This document shows positions 55,887 through 64,000 of a stretch of 64,000 bases of DNA, piece after piece. The stretch's first letter is position 1, and the number at the start of each line of letters is the position of its first letter. A model generated the notes under the pieces. It saw nothing but the letters and a program-made list of their open reading frames with translations. It had not been told where the DNA came from and made no database searches. A program made the position numbers and the translations under genes. The DNA is from Octopus vulgaris (lineage: Eukaryota): assembly GCA_951406725.2 (NCBI GenBank), contig OX597818.1, forward strand, positions 66,402,001 through 66,466,000, read 5' to 3'.

Positions 55887-58419
55887 TTTCTTCAAATGTA
55901 TCATGAAAGAACGTCTCTCCTTAATCAATAATTTCATTCCAATTTTATCAGGTACAGATTGAATACTTCATTCACAGATTTCTCCTACAAGGTGTACATC
56001 TAAAATACATGTAAGAGTGAGGGAACGAAAATAAGGTTAAAAGGATTTGATTTAATACCCGTCATCGCAGACAGTAAGGAAGGCAACACAGCTCAAATGT
56101 CGAATTCGCTGCACTTCAGCAGTATGCAGTTGTTTTTAATAAACCGTACTTGAAGCATCTACAAACAGGTCTTTCGCAACCGAGGTAATTATAACTACAT
56201 AAACCAAATGCCTGCAATGCCGTATACTATTTGTAAATAGTATACGCACGGAAATTCAGGGTCTCTTGACAAATTATTTGAAGGAATGTCTCCAGTAATA
56301 TACGTATCTCCAGATGCGGTAATTAATATAAATAATATTTTCTGTTTATTTCGTTTTGTTACTCACTAACCAGGCTGGGCCTCAATATTTGTGTCAGTAA
56401 GTGTCACTGCAACCATTATATCAGACGTCAGTTTAGTTGTGTTTAGTGGTTTTCTTTTAATATGAGAAATAAGTAACACTCATATTTAAATATATGTAAA
56501 TATGAGAGTAATATGTGTGTGTAAATAAGCGTTAGATAAAAATGTCTGTTCGATATTATATACATTGTTCATAAAAAGGTTTACATTAATTATTTCTCGT
56601 GTATAATACGAACATCTGACTGAAACACCTATTACATAAGTGCACATCTCAACAATCAATATTTTTGACAATTTCCGTTACAATGGTGAATAATTCTTTT
56701 ATTTATAAACAATATAGACTTAAAATCATGAGTTATTACAAATAGTTTAACATTAAAATACAATGATACGGTACCGGTCTAACCGGGACCTCAATTGAAA
56801 AATATATTTCCGACTATTTTATCTCTATTACTGGGCGAATATCAACAATAAATATCATTGCAAACATTTTCATATGCTAAAATAATGAACACCACAACTA
56901 CCCCATGAAATGAATAGCAGCTTCAACTGGCTTTAAGAGCAAGCAAACTATGTTGAGTTAAACAAAACAAAAGCCAGTGAAGTGTGCATGTACAACGTCT
57001 AGCCAAAATAATTCATTCATTTAAGTAAAAAAAAACAAACAAACAAACAAATGTTTCAAGATTGGAAAGAAAATAAATCAAATAAAATGGAAAGTATAAG
57101 AATTTAATGAATCAACGAAAGAGTAGAACTTTCCAGGAAAAAGTCATAATATAAAAAAAAGAACTGAAATGATTGTTTACTCTTAACCGTGGTTTGAAGA
57201 TCAGAGGAATTTCATGGTAAAATTCACTGTTTATTCAGTTCATCCTCTTAGCTTCATCTCGTTCGTTTAGTGAAATGATGGTTAGTGAGAGTGGAAGAAA
57301 AAAAACATAAGAGCGAAATAAACAGGAAAGAGACAGAGAGGGAGGAGTGAAGGAGGGAGACAAAGAGAGACAAAGAGAGAGATTCATATTGACGTATGTA
57401 CATAGAGAAGAGACTGGATAATATTTTGTTAGTATAGTTTTTTTTTTCTTCCGAAAAGTATGACTTTATTAGACGTAGTGTATGTATTGCAAAATAAAAG
57501 GCAGCAGCTGTAATATTAGTTTTAAAAGTTGCTATATAATGACTTTCTATTATCTCCGTACTCTATTGTCTAGCATGATTATGTTTTCCTGGCGCAGATG
57601 TTTACTTTTGCTGACAACGATTTCAAGTGTGTCAGAACAAAAAGCAACTCATGAAGGAAAGATATAAGAAAGGGATTAGGCAAAACTCCGTAGGAAATTA
57701 CACGATATACTAAATGGAGGTATAAGAGCTACGTGTAAATTGCGGTCAAATTTAAGTACTAGATACACCCTTTGAGGTAAAACTGCTTCAGTTTATTTTT
57801 CAATAATTAGAATTCAATTTTCATTATTAAAATAATTGTAACATTTCTGCTGTTATCTGAAGAATGATTCAGGAACACAGTTTATGAATTTTATATTCTT
57901 TTAATTCCCTATTCTTGTCCACATTTAATTTTATTAATATTTACTTGTAATTGTAAATTATTGTTTTGGTTATTTCATTCTAATAAAAACCTTAAATTAT
58001 TGGGATGTTATCTGTTAACATCTTCAATTATGTATGAATGGTACACTCCGTTATGCAGTCAATGATGAATAGATCTTGTAAAATGAGAGTTTACAGGCAC
58101 AGAGTTGTCCTGTTTGAACGGCGAGATGCCAGTTTACCTGAAACGAAGCAATGTAGATATCAATAAAACTGTTCAAATTACGGTTAAAATTTATATATTC
58201 AAACTTTCACCGCTCAAGCATCACTCCTTCATGGAGGGCTTTCACATCCTCGTATTTATACTTAAATAAATTTTCATTATGAGTATATGGTTATCTTCGA
58301 CGGCGCCATACCATCAATACTCTAACAACTTTCTAAGGCAGTAACGAAAAGCCATCAACAAAAAACTGACGAAAACGCAATACGCTAGCACAAGTTCTTG
58401 AATTCAAAGGCTTCTGTGC

Positions 58420-58720
58420 GGAACTGTAGATGTGGACATGTTGGTCACCCTACGTAATATTGTGACTTGGCTCCACCTGATTGGCATATGTTCCCAGCAT
58501 GAAACATGATATGCCTAGGAACCAGTATCACAATGATCACGACATCATATCTGCGGTTCAGGGCTTGTTTGACTGAGTGAATGAAATCGTGTTCACCAAG
58601 GGGATCAAAGCAGTACCGCAACGACGATCGAAGAAGTGTGTATACCGCAAGAAACATTACGTTCAAGAAGAAGCGTCATTTAGTAAGAGTGTGTAAGAGT
58701 TTATTGGTCAGCTTCTGTGT
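58420..58720 (+). pseudogene. Mariner 3' fragment
   Basis: HPT*YCDLAPPDWHMFP resembles HPPYSPDLAPSD. Confidence 0.6.
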
Positions 58721-58732
58721 ATATATATATAT

Positions 58733-59263
58733 AAGCAATAATAAATCTCTGAACGAGGTATAGACAGTAACTGCACGACAATGTGAAGTATATTTGCCAT
58801 CTAAATATGGTTAACCACTAAGGATGGATGTTACTGTAGCTTGTAGCCCCAGGAGGACATCTTCTCCAGCTGGCTATTGACAGTTTTTTCAAAGGGAGGT
58901 CATCCTTCCATTGTCAACCTAAGTGATATGGACGGACAGCAGATTCTGGGTATTGACCCGTCATCAGCGCACGACAATCACCGGTTTTCTATGGAAGGGT
59001 CCCAATGCAAATACATATATCCTTTTTCCAGTGACTTTTCGTCACTGATCTTGAAAAAGTGTAAAGAAGCAATAGTAAATCTCTGAACGAGAATATACTT
59101 CACATTGTCGTGCAGTTACAGTCTATACCTCGTTCAGAGATTTATACCGATAGGGCACAGAAAGTGTGTCAATAGCCAGCTGGAGAAGATGTTATCCTGG
59201 GGCTACAAGCTTACAGTAGTATCCACCCTTAGTGGTTAGCCATATTTAGATGGCAAATATACT
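58733..59263 (-). mobile_element. Rearranged retrozyme-like element (334-bp period) with decayed hammerhead
   Basis: Direct repeat at 58733/59067; inverted blocks 59092-59145 and 59167-59263; rc CTGATGA-CGGGTCAATACCCA-GAAT at 58943-58967; TA arrays on both flanks. Confidence 0.65.
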
Positions 59264-59289
59264 ATATATATATATATATATATATATTG

Positions 59290-59750
59290 AGGTTATGAGA
59301 GGTAATGGTGTCAAGAAGACACAAAGATGTCAGGGGTAATGCTGAGTAAGTGCTATGGACAGACTATAGTTAAGTTCCAGGTTTGGTGATTATGCGAATG
59401 AGGAGTCCAACTTAAGCCATATATCAGCATGCGCATATATTAAAAAATTAACAGAATCACATAAAATCCCAAAGATTTAAAAATATTTTTAAAGAGGTAT
59501 TACAGCTGTTTCCAGGATATTTTATATATCCGTTCATCGGAGATGGTGAGAGAAAATGGTTAAGCAATAGTTTTTTCAGAGAAGATATGAAATAGAGAGT
59601 GAAGTGGGGGAATGAAAACAGATGTGAGATATGCTGGGATATTGTATCTGCTGTTCCATTATTTAGGCAGAATAGTATACATATATGATTCCAGTGCCTT
59701 GTGAGTAAAAATCGGTCATAGAGGTTGTAAACGGTGTCATTGAATCGATT
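59290..59750 (-). pseudogene. Possible heavily degraded Penelope-like RT fragment
   Basis: Weak motifs PNLELNYSLS and (F)LDT across frameshifts. Confidence 0.35.
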
Positions 59751-59757
59751 CAATAGC

Positions 59758-59797
<40 letters not shown>

Positions 59798-59836
59798 TTA
59801 TATATGCATTTATATATATATATATATGTATGTGTG

Positions 59837-59906
<70 letters not shown>

Positions 59907-60879
59907 CATTTGTGAATGTGCCCGCGTGGGTTTCCGTGTATTTACATGGTTACGGTCTGAACAATTTTGTACTTATAACATTGACGTTTTCCTAGAAGTG
60001 TATGAAAGCAGTACTGTAATATGGTGTACGAAATTATGCATAGTTTCATTATTATTTTACGAATACTGGAATATATTGACTCATCATGTTTATGTATAAA
60101 TGAATATCTATTTCACAGAATACATTCCTCTCGTTTAAGATGTTTCTGTCATATCATAAACATATCCGAGTTAAACCGAAAACAAATCTAATAAACCATA
60201 CATCTCTATTTCCCGTCAGTCAATGGGATGAAACGAAAGGACTAAACTAATAAAAAAGAAACAGAGAAATAACATACTCTCAAAGACATTTATGATCGTA
60301 TAACTTCGGTCCCAGAATCAAAGGTCAATTTCTAGCGAATGTCTTCCCTTACAGCATTAGAGAGACTGTCGTGAGGGCAGGAGACAGTGATAAATATTTT
60401 TACTAGAACCCTGCCTCTAAGTCGGTTGTGTAACGATTTTCCCAATTACCTCAGGATAACAAACAACAGTACCAACCTGCGATGTCGACACTGAATTATG
60501 CGCTTCTGTTATGCTAGTGGTCGTAGAAAAGCCACTGGCTAACAATGCACGTATGATCCTAGATATAGAAATACATATAACCTTACGTATTTTGGGATTA
60601 ATTTTATTTGTTTATTTCCTTTTTGATATTTATTTCATTTGTTTTCGGGGGTTTTATATAAGTTTTAATATTACGTTAATAAGAACATCTACCACGTGAG
60701 GTACATATTCAGCAAACCGTTTATACATCAACCTGACGAGTCGATATTGTGCCGTATTATATAATAGTATGTGTAAGATGTATTACTTCGTATATTATAG
60801 GGAGAATAATCTTTAAGCAAAACGTGAATGAAACAATTGGGAAATTATGCAGCAGAACAAATACCTCAGTCCATCTTCG

Positions 60880-61350
60880 GACTTACCATGGCTGCGTGCG
60901 GGCAGAATAATTTAGCTCTCCGGAAAAATTATTTAGCAGCATTCCTTCCGACTTTACTTTCTGAGCTCAAATTACGTAGGGATCGATTTCCCTTCATACT
61001 TTCGGGGTCAATAAACTAAGTAGCATTGGGTCAATGTAATAGATTAACCCCTCCCTAAAAATTGTTAGCCTTATCGACTAATATCTGAAAAGTGTGTATA
61101 TGACTTAAATTTTTAGCTGGAATATGATACCGTATTCAATATGCAGCCACCAAGTAGAATCGTAAGCAAGAGGGGAAGAGTGCTCAGCGGCATTTTGTCC
61201 AGCTTTTACGAGTACAAATTTCGCATAGGTCAACCTCCCCATTTATCTTTCCGGGGTCAATAAAATAATTGCCAGTTGAGCACTGGGGTTAATTTTAACG
61301 ACTACAACATTTCCCAAAATTGCACGATTTCTGCCAAAATTTGAAACCAA
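60880..61350 (+). mobile_element. Two degraded SINE family B copies
   Basis: CTTTCGGGGTCAATAAA core twice; CCAAAATTTGAAACCA terminus. Confidence 0.7.
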
Positions 61351-61371
61351 TATACATAGAATCTAAACATA

Positions 61372-61770
61372 GGCGCAGGAGTAGCTGTGTGGTAAGTAGC
61401 TTGCTAACCAACCACATGGTTCCGGGTTCAGTCCCACTGCGTGGCACGTTGGGCAAGTGTCTTCTGCTATAGCCCCGGACCGACCAATGCCTTGTGAGTG
61501 GATTTGGTAGACGGAAACTGAAAGAAGCCTGTCGTATATATGTATATATATATATGTGTGTATGTCTGTGTTTGTCCCCCTAGCATTGCTTGACAACCGA
61601 TGCTGGTGTGTTTACGTCCCCGTCACTTAGCGGTTCGGCAAAAGAGACCGACAGAATAAGTACTGGGCTTACAAAGAATAAGTCCCTGGGTCGTTTTGCT
61701 CGACTAAAGGCGGTGCTCCAGCATAGCCGCAGTAAAATGACTGAAACAAGTAAAAGAGTAAAAGAGAGTA
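61372..61770 (+). mobile_element. SINE family A, best-preserved copy
   Basis: A-box TAGCTGTGTGG at 61382-61392, B-box GGTTCAGTCCC at 61425-61435, TTGGGCAAGTGTCTT, central TA/TG tract, (AGTAAAAG)n tail. Confidence 0.92.
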
Positions 61771-62273
61771 TAGATTTGCATAGGTTTTAGAGATAACATC
61801 ACTAACGCAATCCGTTTCATTTGAATAATAGTATGTGCTAGTGGTTCCCTTCTGCTGGGATTCGTAACGCGAAATCTAAGATTAAAGCTCAAATCACCTA
61901 CTTGTTAGAGTGAGGCAGTCACGACCGCTACATTTGATGTTGCTTTAGTGCTGTGTGTGTGGAGCAGCACGGGAGATAACAAGCTCAACGATTTCTTCGC
62001 GTGTCATGAAAGTTGAGAAGAGGAGACTGAGGAGCGATTAGCTCCCTTGTCTTGTAAACCCCTCGCAAGAAATGAAAACCTAAACAGTTTGACTATTGAG
62101 TGGTCTGAATTGTACAAAGATGTTATCCGCCAGGAATAGGGGAATCACCAAAACATGATATGCTTGAAGAATAGAAGAGGGAAGGAAAAACTATGTAAGA
62201 AGCAATGGAAATGCTTTGCATTATTAACGCGCTTTTCCATTTGCTATATATAGATATATATATATATATACAC

Positions 62274-62305
<32 letters not shown>

Positions 62306-62312
62306 ATACATA

Positions 62313-62347
<35 letters not shown>

Positions 62348-62366
62348 GATATGTATATATATATAT

Positions 62367-62452
<86 letters not shown>

Positions 62453-63167
62453 ATGTGTATGCATGTATTAAACATATACCCAGCGATCTTGGCATTTAAA
62501 TATTTATATTTGATTCTAATCTTTGAAATTGTTTTGCGAGTATATTTGCAAACCTTAAACACCTCAATCTTTAATAATACAAATATACAAATTTCTATAT
62601 TCATATCTGTGAAGCAAGAGAAAATAAAATTTCAGAAATAGTACATCAACGTATAAACGGTGAATATATGACAAGAAGAAATTTCACAAACGTCATGTTT
62701 GCTTTACAGAGATCACATTTATTCAATTTTTATCTGCCCATTGAACCGAATGGAAATATATTTTCATTTAGAATTGTCTGAAAGCCATGTGAATATCACA
62801 TTTATCTATTTTATTCGAGTGACTCACTGACAACTGGAGTTCATAAAAATCAAATAGGCAAAACATTTAAACATTTAATTTTTTTTTTTTAGATACTGCA
62901 GTTTTTCTTTGGTCTCATAACTGCAAATAACATTCCATGGCTATTCAACCCCTTTCTCTCTCCATGTCTATCTATATATCTATCTAGCTACCTTTCTATG
63001 CATCTCTCTATATACATACAAATACATACGTACACTCATACACACACACACACAGATATGTACACATACATATGCAGATAAGGAGAAAGATAGAGAGAGG
63101 GAGAAAGATAGAAAAACATATTATCAACCTGCATAAATTCGTCGTTATATTCACCCTATATTTCTCG

Positions 63168-63221
<54 letters not shown>

Positions 63222-64000
63222 GTAATAAATTTAATGTTTACGCATGCATGTTCGAACACATACATTCACACAGACTCGCATACAGTTTATATTTCGTTAA
63301 TATGTGTATATTTATTTCTCCATCAAAATATATCTTTATCTTACATGGACATTTTCATTACGTTCGAATTCTATTATTGTGAAACAGGAAATGGTAAAAC
63401 TAGACACGTCACTCGATTTCAAAATAAAGTGAAATTTATTTTCGTTTTAAAATATAGAGATACTTTTATATATGGAGTTAACATGCTCGGTTTTCTGATT
63501 TTAATTGCAATCTTAATGAAAATGTATCCTATTTATGATAAATAACACTTGATGTATACAAAAAGACAGGAAAACGATTCCACTATTTTATTCCGTTCTC
63601 TTATTGCTGTTTTTGTGGTTTATGTGAATTTCAGAAAATATTCGGTTCTTCCATTAACCAAATGGATTGATAGATGAGATTAACTGTTGTTAAAAATCAT
63701 TTCTTTGGTAATTTCTATAAACATAAATTAACGGAAACATTTCTCTGGGTGTGTCACCTTCAATGCAGTTCCCTGACATCTTTACGTGTATTCAATTTCT
63801 ATAGAATGCTTACTAGCCACTTAGGATTCATATGCAGATTAAAGAGCACTGTATACCGTATTAACACGGCAATTATTGATTTTTCTAATGTTTTCCAAAT
63901 GTTGTTGTTTCCTATTTTACACAATTTTATTTAACACTTGATTTCATTAAACGTGAAGTAAAACTTCGAGAAAATCTACATATTATTCTATGGTAAATCT

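Overview
AT-rich, microsatellite-dense eukaryotic DNA with no recognisable intact host gene. The SINE/LINE complement looks cephalopod (Octopus-like); this is an inference. Most ORF-track entries are translated microsatellites. Supported elements: a near full-length, decayed R4/Dong-type LINE in (TAA)n (34722-38883) plus fragments; a full-length decayed mariner with TIRs and TA flanks (9971-11246) plus other Tc1/mariner pieces; 5'-truncated RTE and CR1/L2-like LINEs in (TA)n; two non-autonomous Helitrons (480-852 +, 55498-55886 -); many copies of two tRNA-derived SINE families; and Penelope-like remnants. The most interesting signal is a set of hammerhead ribozyme motifs. A highly structured 354-bp-period, ~1.3-mer repeat (52787-53258) carries a near-canonical type I hammerhead on the minus strand. 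A related 334-bp-period, rearranged element (58733-59263) carries a decayed one. Together they are a candidate retrozyme/circular-RNA family, and one Helitron shares a piece of it. A tandem pair of Cys-rich, defensin-like reading frames (55018-55170, 56062-56211) is also notable. All alignments and folds were done by eye.
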